From NCBI GenBank assembly GCA_013285775.1, contig JABDHB010000001.1, forward strand, positions 1 through 52,526: 52,526 bases of DNA, read 5' to 3'. The position numbers and the translations under genes were made by a program. A model generated the notes under the pieces. The model worked only from the letters and a program-made list of their open reading frames with translations. It did not search any database and had not been told where the DNA came from. Numbering within the stretch: the stretch's first letter is position 1; each line of letters starts with the position of its first letter. The DNA comes from Chlamydiota bacterium. GTDB taxonomy: Bacteria; Chlamydiota; Chlamydiia; Chlamydiales; Rhabdochlamydiaceae. Positions 16,054 through 25,867 of the stretch are shown here, piece after piece.

Positions 16054-16081
16054 GCTACGGTTTTACCAAAAGCAGGGTCAG

Positions 16082-18751
16082 ATGCACCGTTTTATTCTTT
16101 TTTTCATATTCATTTGCTCCAGTGTTTTTTCTTTAGAAATTGTAGGAAGGGAAGATCTTTCTGAGGGGATGACAACCTGCAAGGCGAGGTTGGATAATGG
16201 TCTCGAAGTGTATCTTGTATCTGATCCAAGGAGAGAAAAAGGGGCGGTTGGTCTAGCAGTTGAGGCGGGGTCTTTTAATGATCCGTATGAACATCCAGGG
16301 ATGGCTCATTTTTTAGAGCATCTTTTATTTATGGGCACAGAGACCTACCCTGAGGAGAAGGATTTTTTAGAGTTTATCAATGATCATGGTGGAACGGCTA
16401 ATGCTTTTACGATGCATGATAGAACGGTCTATGGGTTTTCGATATATGATGATTGGTTTGATGAAACGCTAGATAGATTTTCCCATTTTTTTATCGATCC
16501 TTTGTTTACTGAATCTGCCATTCAAAGAGAAATGCATGCAGTAGATCATGAATTTGGAGACAACTATGAAGATGATTTTATTAGAGTTTGGAGAATCTTA
16601 AAGCAAACGGGGAGGCAGGACCATCCGAATGCTCTATTTTCTATTGGAAATATCACGAGTTTAAAGAAAACGACTCCTAAGGCTGTAAAACGGTGGTTCC
16701 ATAAACACTATATTGCGAACAAAATGCATCTAGCGGTTTTTTCGGGGCGATCTATCGAACAGATGGCAGGGCAGATAGAAGATCTATTTTCTCCTGTTCT
16801 TTCTGGCCCCTCTACAGAAATGCCACTCTCTAGTCTCTTGTCTGAGGAGCAGTTAGGGAAAATGATCTATGTTGAACCGATAAAAGATCAAAAGGTGCTT
16901 GATCTGATTTGGGAGCTTCCTTCTAAATTTGCAATGGACAATGAACGTTCGGCTGCAGATCTTGTGATTCAAGCGCTAAGCAATGGAGACGAATATGGTC
17001 TTGTAACTCTTTTAAGGGAAGAGGGGCTTGCAAGAAATATTGGTGTGCAGAAATTGCAATTAAGCAAAACGAATCTTTTATTGGATTTAGAGATTTCTTT
17101 AACGGATAAGGGGCTTGAAAATACAGATCTGGTGATCTTACGCATTTTTGAGGCAATTGCTAAGCTAAAAGAGCTCGATATTCCAGAGTATATGTTCGAT
17201 GATCTTAAAAGAATGCATGGAGCGCCTGATTTTTTAAGCGGTAATCTTTTCACTCTTGCTCTTGAAACTGCTCAGGAAATGATTGCTGAGGAGTTTGAGA
17301 CGTTTCCTAAAAGATCTCATTTCCCTCAAATTTATGACCCCCTATTTATCAAAGAGTTTATCAGATCTCTTACTCCTCAATCTTGTGCTTATACTGTTCT
17401 TGCAGATCCAAAAATTACTGGTGTTAAACCAAATATGTTAGAAAAATGGATGGGAGGGCGTTTTGCTATTAAGCCTATTTCTGCTGAAAAACTTCTGTCT
17501 TGGGAGGCCTCAGAGCCTCATCCCCAGATTGAACTTCCAAGACCTTTTCCTGAAGAAGAAGATCTTTCTAAGGAAGAGGTTTTAGAGAGTGTGGTTTTAG
17601 AAGATAATTCTTTAGGATATGTAGAATTTGAATATGCAGATGAGGAGATCAAACTCGAGCTTCTTTTAGAAATTCCAGAGTTAGATGGAAGTGTAGATAG
17701 TAAGGTTCTCACGGAGATTTTCATTGAAGGGGTATACGAAAAATTAGATGCGCTCATGAATCAAGGGTTAGAGTTTGATTTTTTTATGGAACAAGAATCT
17801 AGAGCATTGAACCTCTCTTTAATCGCTCCTTCAGATCATCTCCTTGGAATTCTTAAGAATTTTAAGGAAATCTTTATTTCAAAAGAGGATTTTGAAAAAT
17901 ATAAAGAGCTTCTAGCTAAACAATGGGGGAAGGAATCCAATCCACTTGGGTCTGCGCAAGATATTCTTGAAAGTGTGTTTTATAAAGAGCACTTTACCAA
18001 TAAACAGCTTCTTGAGGTTCTTTGTTCTGTTACTTATGAACAGTTTTCCGGGTTTTTAAAAGATTTTCTCTCTACAGCGTATATTACTGGAAATATTCAT
18101 GGGAGACTTGAAAAAGAAGAGGCGAGAAATCTTTGGACTAATATAAAAGAAATCCTTGCTGTTACTCGATTAGAAGGGAGAATTTTTGCAGCGGATGTAA
18201 AAAAACCTTCTTTGCCTGCACATTTTAGAATGGAAACAGGGAGAATAGGTAGCGCATGTATACTTCTTATAGAGCAAGGAACCCATAACTATGAAAGTTG
18301 GGCCGCTCATGAAATCATAGGAACAATTTTAAAGAACGATTTTTTTGATGATTTAAGAACAAAGCAACAAATAGCCTATACGACTGAAACACAGTCATTG
18401 CTTGTTGATAACGTTCTTTATCAGTATTTTTCTGCCCAATCAAGTACGTGGAGTGCAGAAGAGTTATTGGAAAAATTTGATGATTTTGTACGGAGATTTA
18501 GCACGACTTTTTCTAAAAGGGTCAGCGAAAAGCGGTTTTCTGATTTAAAAAATACGATTCTTCGAAGTTTTAAAGGGCAATCTGAGGATATTCTTGAGTT
18601 TGCTGGCGTAGATGAAGATTCATCCATGAATGAACAAGCTTTGCAAAACTTAACCTATGAGGATCTTTGCAGCGCTGTGGACGTTTTTTTCTTAGACAAC
18701 CCCAAAAAACTCACGATTCTCGTGGAAGGACAGCTCAGAAAAATAGACTGA
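16082..18751 (+). CDS. M16 (insulinase/pitrilysin) family zinc metalloprotease with a signal peptide
   Basis: 889 aa. Signal MHRFILFFIFICSSVFSLE, inverted zinc motif HFLEHLLFMGTETYPEE (HxxEH), and four-domain length typical of protease III / IDE-like enzymes. Confidence 0.9.
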   Translation: MHRFILFFIFICSSVFSLEIVGREDLSEGMTTCKARLDNGLEVYLVSDPRREKGAVGLAVEAGSFNDPYEHPGMAHFLEHLLFMGTETYPEEKDFLEFINDHGGTANAFTMHDRTVYGFSIYDDWFDETLDRFSHFFIDPLFTESAIQREMHAVDHEFGDNYEDDFIRVWRILKQTGRQDHPNALFSIGNITSLKKTTPKAVKRWFHKHYIANKMHLAVFSGRSIEQMAGQIEDLFSPVLSGPSTEMPLSSLLSEEQLGKMIYVEPIKDQKVLDLIWELPSKFAMDNERSAADLVIQALSNGDEYGLVTLLREEGLARNIGVQKLQLSKTNLLLDLEISLTDKGLENTDLVILRIFEAIAKLKELDIPEYMFDDLKRMHGAPDFLSGNLFTLALETAQEMIAEEFETFPKRSHFPQIYDPLFIKEFIRSLTPQSCAYTVLADPKITGVKPNMLEKWMGGRFAIKPISAEKLLSWEASEPHPQIELPRPFPEEEDLSKEEVLESVVLEDNSLGYVEFEYADEEIKLELLLEIPELDGSVDSKVLTEIFIEGVYEKLDALMNQGLEFDFFMEQESRALNLSLIAPSDHLLGILKNFKEIFISKEDFEKYKELLAKQWGKESNPLGSAQDILESVFYKEHFTNKQLLEVLCSVTYEQFSGFLKDFLSTAYITGNIHGRLEKEEARNLWTNIKEILAVTRLEGRIFAADVKKPSLPAHFRMETGRIGSACILLIEQGTHNYESWAAHEIIGTILKNDFFDDLRTKQQIAYTTETQSLLVDNVLYQYFSAQSSTWSAEELLEKFDDFVRRFSTTFSKRVSEKRFSDLKNTILRSFKGQSEDILEFAGVDEDSSMNEQALQNLTYEDLCSAVDVFFLDNPKKLTILVEGQLRKID

Positions 18752-18905
18752 AATGCATTAGACCTCTTTCGAAATTTCATTCGCCCGCTAAAATCGCCCT
18801 TTTCTCGGCCTTTCGATCTGCTGCTGCTGCGCCTACTCACTTGAGTATGTCTTGCAGTCTAAGCCAGGAACTGGCGACACTATTTTGCGTAAGATGAGTT
18901 AATAA

Positions 18906-19048
18906 TTTTCTCTGCGTTCTCTGCGGCTCAGTCTTCACTCTGCGCCGATGAAATTCAGCATCCAGACAACAAGACCCTGCCTTGTTGGTTGAATACCAAA
19001 CTCCATCAGCGCAGAGTGAAGACTGAGCCGCAGAGAACGCAGAGAAAA
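18906..19048. repeat. Repeat family E, copy 1
   Basis: The arm ttttctctgcgttctctgcggctcagtcttcactctgcgccgatgaaatt is mirrored by ctccatcagcgcagagtgaagactgagccgcagagaacgcagagaaaa. It lies between the convergent M16 protease and lpxD genes. Confidence 0.9.
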
Positions 19049-19075
19049 AAGATTTTTTCAAATCAGTTTTTGAAA

Positions 19076-20122
19076 TTAGTCTTGGGTGGTTTTCTCTTCG
19101 AGGTCTTTGATCCGTTTTTCGAGAGAGCCGATCTGTTTGATGTAGTTGCCGATTTTACGAAGCTGTACTTGTTGTCTGTTGTATTCGTCAAGTGGCATAA
19201 TGGGAGCGCCATTGTATTTACCAGGCTCGGTAACAGATTTACTGACGCCACCGCGGGTTGCAATCATTGCATAGTCGCAAATTTCAACGTGGCCAACCAC
19301 ACCTGCTTGCCCTCCAAGGACCACATTTTTCCCAGTTTTAGCAGAGCCTGCAATTCCTGTTTGAGAAACGATGATGTTGTCACGTCCGAGTTGAACGTTA
19401 TGAGCTATTTGGACGAGGTTATCAATTTTTGTCCCTTTGCCAATTTTTGTGGCTTTAAAGCGGGCGCGATCAATGGTGGTGTTAGCTCCAATTTCAACGT
19501 TGTCTTCTATAATAACAATTCCAAGCTGATCAAGTTTTGTGTGATTCCCTTTGGCATCTGTTGTATAACCAAAACCGCAAGAACCAATCACGCAACCAGG
19601 TTGGAGAATCACATGATTTCCAATGATGCACCGCTCTCGGATCGAGACATGCGTGTGGAAGTGGCAGTTTTGTCCGATTGTCACACCAGCTCCAATAAAC
19701 ACGTGAGCGTTAATCTCTGTGTTGTCCCCAATCTCAACGCCTCTATCGATGACAGCACATGGACCAACAGTCACGTTTTTGCCGATTTTAACAGAGGGGT
19801 CAATGACTGCTGAGGGGTGGATTCCTGTAAACGCGGAAGGCTCGGTAATTAAAAGGGTTTCAACGATAAGTTGAAAACAGCGGGAAGGATTATCTGAAAG
19901 GAGGTAATTTTTCCCTTCTTCTAGAGCAAAGCGGGAATCCATACAGATGACCCCCGCTTTAGATTTCTTTGCTGCGTCAATATATTTAGGGTTGGCTAAA
20001 AATGAGGCGTCTTCAGGCGTAGCAGAATTTAAGTCTTCCACTCCTGTGATGACATAATTTGGATCGCCTATAAGTTTAGCTTCTGTGAGCTTTGCAAGCT
20101 CCCCTAGATTATTTTTTCGCAT
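19076..20122 (-). CDS. lpxD: UDP-3-O-(3-hydroxyacyl)glucosamine N-acyltransferase
   Basis: 348 aa from ATG 20122 (MRKNNLGELAKLTEAKLIGD). Left-handed beta-helix hexapeptide repeats (IG.N..I....VIG..) are present. Its position after skp matches other Gram-negatives and Chlamydia. Confidence 0.9.
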   Translation of the reverse strand: MRKNNLGELAKLTEAKLIGDPNYVITGVEDLNSATPEDASFLANPKYIDAAKKSKAGVICMDSRFALEEGKNYLLSDNPSRCFQLIVETLLITEPSAFTGIHPSAVIDPSVKIGKNVTVGPCAVIDRGVEIGDNTEINAHVFIGAGVTIGQNCHFHTHVSIRERCIIGNHVILQPGCVIGSCGFGYTTDAKGNHTKLDQLGIVIIEDNVEIGANTTIDRARFKATKIGKGTKIDNLVQIAHNVQLGRDNIIVSQTGIAGSAKTGKNVVLGGQAGVVGHVEICDYAMIATRGGVSKSVTEPGKYNGAPIMPLDEYNRQQVQLRKIGNYIKQIGSLEKRIKDLEEKTTQD

Positions 20123-20639
20123 CTTCTTCTTGTTTAAAGTTTTTATCCATCTCTGCAACTACAAGAGAGGTCACTTCGAGCTGAGGAGAATAGAAGAAGC
20201 AAGCGTCTTTATTAACAATTACTGTAAGTTTTTTCTCTTTTGCTACTTTTTCTGCAGCATTGTTAATATGTGTGCCGACAGCTTGTACTATTTTCATGTT
20301 TGCTTGATTGAGCACTTGGTAGTATTGATTTTGGTGTCTTTGCATCTCTTCACTTAGTTGTCGAAACTCCATTTTGAGTTTATCTTCCCCTTCAGGAGAA
20401 AGACCATCTAAATACTCTGGGTCATTTAGTTTTACAGAAATTTCTTGAAGCTTTTTCTCTGTATCTTCAAGAACGCCTGTCATTTGTTTTTTTAGAGCTT
20501 CAAAAGAAGCTTGTTCCTGTTTTCCCATTTTCGAGTCTGCGATACATGTGCCGAAGTTCACGACACCAACATCACCTGCAGTAGCTGTGCCAAGCAGGGC
20601 AATTAAACTTAGGATTGTGTATGTAAATTTGCGATTCAT
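20109..20639 (-). CDS. skp: periplasmic chaperone Skp (OmpH family)
   Basis: 176 aa from ATG 20639 (GAGG SD). Signal MNRKFTYTILSLIALLGTATA followed by coiled, Lys/Glu/Gln-rich sequence. It sits between bamA and lpxD. Confidence 0.8.
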   Translation of the reverse strand: MNRKFTYTILSLIALLGTATAGDVGVVNFGTCIADSKMGKQEQASFEALKKQMTGVLEDTEKKLQEISVKLNDPEYLDGLSPEGEDKLKMEFRQLSEEMQRHQNQYYQVLNQANMKIVQAVGTHINNAAEKVAKEKKLTVIVNKDACFFYSPQLEVTSLVVAEMDKNFKQEEDAKK

Positions 20640-20660
20640 TTGTAGCCTCATTGTTAATAA

Positions 20661-23018
20661 TTAAAATTGTCCGCCCATTGAGAAGAAGAATTTACGCACT
20701 TCACTTTTCCCATCGGGATTTACAGGGAAACCCATCCCTAAAATCACCGGAACACGGTTGATCAATTCTACACGTGCACCAAAGCCGTAACTCATTCTCC
20801 AAGTTCCTGGCATAAACCGTTTCTGAGAGATCGCGCCCATGTCAGCAAACACAAATCCATCTAGGAAGCGGAAGATTTCATGTAAATACTCGATTGATGC
20901 AAGCCCTGAGGAAATTCCCCCTTTTGGATCTCCATTTTCAAAGTGGGGGCCTAAATCGAAGGCGCGATAACCACGAACTGAATTTTCTCCACCAAGGAAG
21001 AATCTTTCACTCACAGGGATATCATTGACATCATTGCTTTTCCACATAGGTTCAATGAATTTAAACTCCCAACGATACTTAAACGTACCTCTTGCCCAAA
21101 GTGGGGTGTAGTAGGAGTTTAGATAACCCAAACGCAAGAAAGTGAATTTTCCACCTAATCCGACAAATTCAGATTCTAAAAGAGATCTAAATCCTCGGTG
21201 TGTCTTGATCGGGTTGTCTGTAGAGTCAAATGTCATAGACGCGCTTACTGCAGAAATAAGACCGCTCGCTTTTTGATCTTCCCTTTCTTGTTTACTTACA
21301 TGATGAGAGATACTGTTGATCGATTGACGTAAACGGTATTTTGTTCCAAACGTCCAAAGATTGTTGAGCGGATACGCTGCGAAGATTGATCCTCCATAGG
21401 TATCGATTCTGTAATCGCTTGATTGGAGGGTGCTATAGGTTTTACTTAAATCAAATCCTGTTCTCCACATAGTATCTCTAAAATACGGGGTCATCCAAGA
21501 AAGTGTATAGGCAGTTTGTTTTTCCCCAACGCTTGCTCTGATCCGTGCGTATTCTCCCCCACCACGCGCTGCGCTAATCCCGTGTTTAAATGCTCTTCCA
21601 ATCCCTTTATAATTAAAGTTATTTTCTACGAGATCAAGACCCCCAAAAAGATCATCTGCTGTACTGAAGCCAAAGAAAAGGCTTACATTGCCTGTAGTTG
21701 TTTCTTCTACTTCAATGTAAACATCTCTGTAATTTTCGCCGAGATATTGGTCGTCTTGTGTACGAACAGCGTAGACGTTCACATTTTTAAAATACCCCAT
21801 ATTCTCAAGACGTTGTTCTGTAGCTTTGAGTTTTAAAGAGTCAAAAGTCTCTCCTGGGACTAAAAGAGATTCCCGTAAAATAACATGAGCCTCAGTTTGG
21901 ACGTTTCCTACAATCCGGATAATCCCAATTTTATATTGTTCCCCTTCTTCAATTGTAAAGGTGACATTATAAATTTCCCCGTTTTCAGCGAGGAATGTTT
22001 CATATTGGACGTTTGTATCGATATGTCCTTTGCGGCCATACATTTCTTTGATCGCATCTGCTGTTGCACGCAATTTTTCTGGGGAATAGATCTCTTCTGG
22101 ATGAACAGTAAACCGATCTTCCACTTCTTTATCCGTAAAGAGGGTATTTCCTGAGAAAGCAACTCTTCCTAAGTGAAAAACAGGTCCTCTATCAGCTGTG
22201 ATTTCTAAAACGATCTTCCCTTCGGTAGCAGATTCTTTGACAACGATCTCTACTTTTGCATCAACGTAACCCTGATTTTGTAGAAAGTTGATGATCGTCA
22301 TTTTGTCTTGATCGAGGGCTTCTTCTTGATATTTGCCTGTGCCTGTAAGCCAGCTGAGGAGAAGGTTATATTTTTTTGTGTGGATCATGGAGATAATGTC
22401 ACTCTCTTCGCTCGAGGTGAAACCTTTAAAGCTTATGTCATCGATCAGCCCAGATCTTCCTTCTATAACAGTCACTTGGACATCTACTTCATTTGTTTTA
22501 TTGTCCATCACAAGAGTGTATTGGAGTTGAGATTCGAAATATCCCTTCTTTACGTAATACTCTTTTACCTTGTTAAAGGCTTTGTTGAAATCTTGCCTGT
22601 TAAATGTAGAATTTGGCTTGATTCCAAGCTCTTTTTGAAGGGTTTTTGTATTGATGTGTTTGTTCCCTTCCCACTTGATTGTTCTGATAAGGGGTTTGGG
22701 CCACACTTTAATCGAAATTTTCACTTGCCCCTGATCGACTTTGATTACAGGCTCAACCCGATCGTATTCTTCCGCAAGGGCTTTTAAGTCGGTATCAAAA
22801 GTAGATTGTGAGAAAGGATCTCCCATTTTTGTTTTCAGCCTTGAAATCACCTTTTTTGCATCAAAGGTAGCATCAGGAGGAAGATTTTCAGGGATAATTT
22901 CTATAGTAGAAACAGGTTTGCTTTCATAAGCCTCAGTTGGGGCATAGTCGGCAAAAACAGGGGCGATAGGCGCTGTATATAAAGCGATGGAGCAGAGGAG
23001 GAGGAATTTTTTACTCAT
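20661..23018 (-). CDS. bamA: outer membrane protein assembly factor BamA (Omp85)
   Basis: 785 aa from ATG 23018 (MSKKFLLLCSIALYTAPIAPVFA signal). POTRA-like repeats are followed by a C-terminal beta-barrel ending ..FFFSMGGQF. bamA-skp-lpxD synteny. Confidence 0.9.
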   Translation of the reverse strand: MSKKFLLLCSIALYTAPIAPVFADYAPTEAYESKPVSTIEIIPENLPPDATFDAKKVISRLKTKMGDPFSQSTFDTDLKALAEEYDRVEPVIKVDQGQVKISIKVWPKPLIRTIKWEGNKHINTKTLQKELGIKPNSTFNRQDFNKAFNKVKEYYVKKGYFESQLQYTLVMDNKTNEVDVQVTVIEGRSGLIDDISFKGFTSSEESDIISMIHTKKYNLLLSWLTGTGKYQEEALDQDKMTIINFLQNQGYVDAKVEIVVKESATEGKIVLEITADRGPVFHLGRVAFSGNTLFTDKEVEDRFTVHPEEIYSPEKLRATADAIKEMYGRKGHIDTNVQYETFLAENGEIYNVTFTIEEGEQYKIGIIRIVGNVQTEAHVILRESLLVPGETFDSLKLKATEQRLENMGYFKNVNVYAVRTQDDQYLGENYRDVYIEVEETTTGNVSLFFGFSTADDLFGGLDLVENNFNYKGIGRAFKHGISAARGGGEYARIRASVGEKQTAYTLSWMTPYFRDTMWRTGFDLSKTYSTLQSSDYRIDTYGGSIFAAYPLNNLWTFGTKYRLRQSINSISHHVSKQEREDQKASGLISAVSASMTFDSTDNPIKTHRGFRSLLESEFVGLGGKFTFLRLGYLNSYYTPLWARGTFKYRWEFKFIEPMWKSNDVNDIPVSERFFLGGENSVRGYRAFDLGPHFENGDPKGGISSGLASIEYLHEIFRFLDGFVFADMGAISQKRFMPGTWRMSYGFGARVELINRVPVILGMGFPVNPDGKSEVRKFFFSMGGQF

Positions 23019-23122
23019 TGGCCGTATTAAGGTTAGTTTGTAACTCGCAATCATAAAAAAAAATGGGAAAAATGCAAAGAGCAAAATTTATTTTAGCTAA
23101 GAAGAGAGGGGAAGAGAAGAAA

Positions 23123-23231
23123 GATCGGGCACGGGCACGCACGCGGGCTCGGGCTCGAAAGAAAAACAAACTTAAGTCTTCTTCTCTTTCCGGATTCGAG
23201 CCCGAGCCCGCGTGCGTGCCCGTGCCCGATC
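23123..23231. repeat. Repeat family D: GC-rich hairpin with perfect 37-bp arms
   Basis: gatcgggcacgggcacgcacgcgggctcgggctcgaa (23123..23159), a 35-nt loop, then the exact reverse complement (23195..23231). It lies between the recR stop and the bamA start. Confidence 0.9.
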
Positions 23232-23247
23232 TTTTTTTTCTTAGATT

Positions 23248-23841
23248 TTAGAAGGATTGTCGTCCCATAAGGGCTCTTGAAAGAGTTCCACCGTCAATAA
23301 AGTCAAGCGAGCTGCCTAAAGGTAGGCCAAGGGCCAGGCGGGAGATCGATATATGGGAAGCGGTAAGCTGGTCTTTGAGGTAGAGAGAAGTGGTGTCTCC
23401 TTCAAGAGTAGAGTCAAGTGCGATAACAATTTCTTTAATTTGAAGGTCAGCTATTCTTTTTTTGAGTTTTTCAACCCCGATTTTTTCAGCGGTTTTTCCA
23501 TCGATGGGAGAGAGAAGGCCATCGATTACATGGTAGAGCCCTTTGTATATGTGGGTATCTTCAATGGCAAAAGCATCCTTAGCTGAGGAAATGATGCACA
23601 AGCAAGAGGTATCCCTTTTATTGCAGAAAGTGCAGGCTAGATCAATTTCTCCCATGCAGCCACATTCAGGACAAAATTGAATTTTTTTCTTTACAGTGCT
23701 TACCTGTTCGGCAAACATGTGAATTTGCGTTTCTTCCCAACCTAACAGTTCAAAAGCAAACCGCTCAGCGGTTTTACTCCCAACACCAGGAAGTTTTTTA
23801 AAAAGGGCAATCAGCTTAAGGAGGTCTGCAGGGTATCTCAT
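23248..23841 (-). CDS. recR: recombination protein RecR
   Basis: 197 aa. HhH motif LPGVGSKTAERFAF, C4 zinc finger CPECG...CTFC, Toprim region EIVIALDSTLEGDTTSLYL. Confidence 0.95.
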   Translation of the reverse strand: MRYPADLLKLIALFKKLPGVGSKTAERFAFELLGWEETQIHMFAEQVSTVKKKIQFCPECGCMGEIDLACTFCNKRDTSCLCIISSAKDAFAIEDTHIYKGLYHVIDGLLSPIDGKTAEKIGVEKLKKRIADLQIKEIVIALDSTLEGDTTSLYLKDQLTASHISISRLALGLPLGSSLDFIDGGTLSRALMGRQSF

Positions 23842-23910
23842 TTCTCCATTCTTACAGATTGTTGATTTTTAGGCGAGTTTTGCGAATTTAATAAGCAATT
23901 TTTTTAATCT

Positions 23911-23939
23911 TTGGCTTTTTTTGGGGGTTCGGGTAAAAT
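23911..23939 (+). promoter_or_regulatory. candidate sigma-70-type promoter for fabH-fabD-fabG-acpP
   Basis: TTGGCT, a 17-nt spacer, then TAAAAT, ending 35 nt before the fabH TTG start. Pattern match only. Confidence 0.35.
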
Positions 23940-23973
23940 AGCTTGATATCGAATTTATTTTTTAGGTGGTGCT

Positions 23974-24963
23974 TTGAAAGCTAAGATTGTCGGAACAGGT
24001 TCTTATTTGCCAAAACGTGTACTTACCAATGCTGATTTGGAAAAGATGGTTGAGACATCAGATGAGTGGATTGTCACACGTACTGGCATGAAGGAAAGAA
24101 GAGTTGCGCGAGATGATGAGTTTACCTCTGACATGGGGGTTGAAGCTGCGCAAAAAGCTATGGAATCTGCTGGAATTACCGCTGATCAAGTCGATCTTGT
24201 ACTCGTAGCAACACTTACTCCTGACTATATGTTTCCTAGCACAGCGTGCCTTATTCAATCTAAATTAGGAATTAAAGGGGCTGCTTTTGACATGCAAGCC
24301 GCGTGTTCTGGCTATGTTTATGGCCTTTCGATGGCAAAAGCTTATGTCGAATCAGGTCTTTATCAAACAGTTTTGCTAGTGGCTTCTGAAAAATTATCTT
24401 CTATTGTGAATTACAGTGATAGAAATACCTGTGTATTATTCGGTGATGGGGCCGCTGCTTGCATTGTGAGTGGTAAGGGAAAGGGGTTGGCTATTCGTGA
24501 CGTGAGCTTAGGTTGTGATGGAGAGCTCTCTCAACTTTTAAGTATGCCTGCAGGCGGAGTGAAAATGCCTGCTTCTCAAAAAACTGTTGAGGATAAGCTT
24601 CATTGTATCCACATGGAAGGGAAAGAGGTGTTTAAGCACGCAGTAAGACGGATGGAAGCTTCAACGAAGGAATGTTTAGAAAAAGCGGGTGTTTTGCAAA
24701 GCGAGATTAGCTGGCTTGTTCCTCATCAGGCAAATCTCCGTATTATTGAGGCTCTGGCCAAACGTTTTGAGATCCCTGATGATCGAGTTTTCTTGACGAT
24801 TCATAAATATGGAAATACTTCAGCTTCTTCTGTAGGCATCGCTCTTGATGAGCTTTTGAAAGAACATAAAATCACTGATGGAGAAAATATTGTTCTAACC
24901 GCTTTCGGTGCAGGTCTTACATGGGGCTCTTCTTTATTAACGATGAGTGGGGATCATGAGTAA
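23974..24963 (+). CDS. fabH: 3-oxoacyl-ACP synthase III
   Basis: 329 aa with a TTG start after AGGTGGTG. Active-site context ACSGYVYGL, plus HQAN.RI and GNTSASS. Confidence 0.95.
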   Translation: MKAKIVGTGSYLPKRVLTNADLEKMVETSDEWIVTRTGMKERRVARDDEFTSDMGVEAAQKAMESAGITADQVDLVLVATLTPDYMFPSTACLIQSKLGIKGAAFDMQAACSGYVYGLSMAKAYVESGLYQTVLLVASEKLSSIVNYSDRNTCVLFGDGAAACIVSGKGKGLAIRDVSLGCDGELSQLLSMPAGGVKMPASQKTVEDKLHCIHMEGKEVFKHAVRRMEASTKECLEKAGVLQSEISWLVPHQANLRIIEALAKRFEIPDDRVFLTIHKYGNTSASSVGIALDELLKEHKITDGENIVLTAFGAGLTWGSSLLTMSGDHE

Positions 24964-25867
24964 AAAAGCGTTTATTTTCCCTGGACAAGGGGCACAATAT
25001 CCAGGTATGGGTAAAGATTTCTATGAGGCATTTTCGATTGCAAGAGAGACTTTTGAAGAGGCAGATGATATTTTAGGTATGGGCCTTAAGAAATGTATTT
25101 TTGAAGGACCTGCATCAGATCTCACCCTTACAAAAAATTCTCAGCCAGCTATCTATATTGTGAGTATGGCAATTTTACGCACATTGTTATCTCAGTTTCC
25201 CGACCTAAAACCATCTATTTGTGCTGGTCTGAGTTTAGGAGAATACACAGCTCTTACAGCTGCTGGAAAAATTTCCTTTAAAGAGGCTCTTTTGCTGGTG
25301 AAAGCTAGGGCAGAATATATGCACGAGGCTTGTATCTCCCATCCAGGTACTATGCAAGTTGTTTTAGGAATGGAAGAGACCCAAATTGAAAAAATTATTA
25401 CGGGAAATGCTTGGGTTGCAAATCTTAATTGCCCAGGACAAGTTGTGATTGCAGGAACTCTGTTAGGAATAGAGAAAGCTGCGGCAGATTTAAAAGCAGC
25501 TGGAGCCAAAAGGGTTCTTCCTCTTGATGTTTCTGGGGCATTTCATAGTCCTCTTATGCAGGACGCTCAAGACAGGCTTACACCTATTATTGAACAAACT
25601 CAGATTTTAGACACTCCTATAGAGATTGTGATGAATGTTCCAGGAGATTTTGTAAAAATGCCTGCGGATATTCGCAAATGCATGATCGCGCAAGTGACAA
25701 GTTGTGTGCGCTGGGAAAAAGGGATCCGCTCTATGGGCGTGGACACTTTTTTTGAAATAGGCTGTGGAAAAACTCTTTCTGGGATGAACAAACGGATAGG
25801 GGTTTTAGGCTCTACTACAAGTATTGAAAAGGTCGCAGATTTAGAAGGGGTTTTATGCAATTATTAA
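24956..25867 (+). CDS. fabD: malonyl CoA-ACP transacylase
   Basis: 303 aa from ATG 24956 (MSKKAFIFPGQGAQY.GMG). Active site GLSLGEYTAL. Overlaps the fabH end by 8 nt. Confidence 0.95.
   Translation: MSKKAFIFPGQGAQYPGMGKDFYEAFSIARETFEEADDILGMGLKKCIFEGPASDLTLTKNSQPAIYIVSMAILRTLLSQFPDLKPSICAGLSLGEYTALTAAGKISFKEALLLVKARAEYMHEACISHPGTMQVVLGMEETQIEKIITGNAWVANLNCPGQVVIAGTLLGIEKAAADLKAAGAKRVLPLDVSGAFHSPLMQDAQDRLTPIIEQTQILDTPIEIVMNVPGDFVKMPADIRKCMIAQVTSCVRWEKGIRSMGVDTFFEIGCGKTLSGMNKRIGVLGSTTSIEKVADLEGVLCNY

Noticed and set aside
18989-19813. 274-aa ORF on the + strand
   Set aside because: It lies entirely antisense to lpxD, and its first codons come from repeat family E. Hexapeptide-repeat genes commonly keep the opposite strand open. 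The translation is low-complexity (N/V/F/C-rich) with no SD or recognisable motif.
22308-22787. 159-aa ORF antisense to bamA (also 21516-21836 and 21885-22154)
   Set aside because: They are embedded in a well-supported bamA frame. Their products are Phe/Cys/Ile-rich as expected from antisense translation of an AT-rich gene, and no start signals are present.
23123-23231. GC-rich island as a small structured RNA or tRNA-like gene
   Set aside because: It is a single perfect 37-bp hairpin with no cloverleaf or conserved RNA-family motifs. A half-copy elsewhere indicates a repeat element.
23063-23251. 62-aa Arg/Ala-rich ORF; similar small ORFs at 39208-39453 and 41180-41365
   Set aside because: They are read-through of the GC-rich family D and family C hairpins. 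They have no SD and low-complexity products, and they overlap real gene ends.
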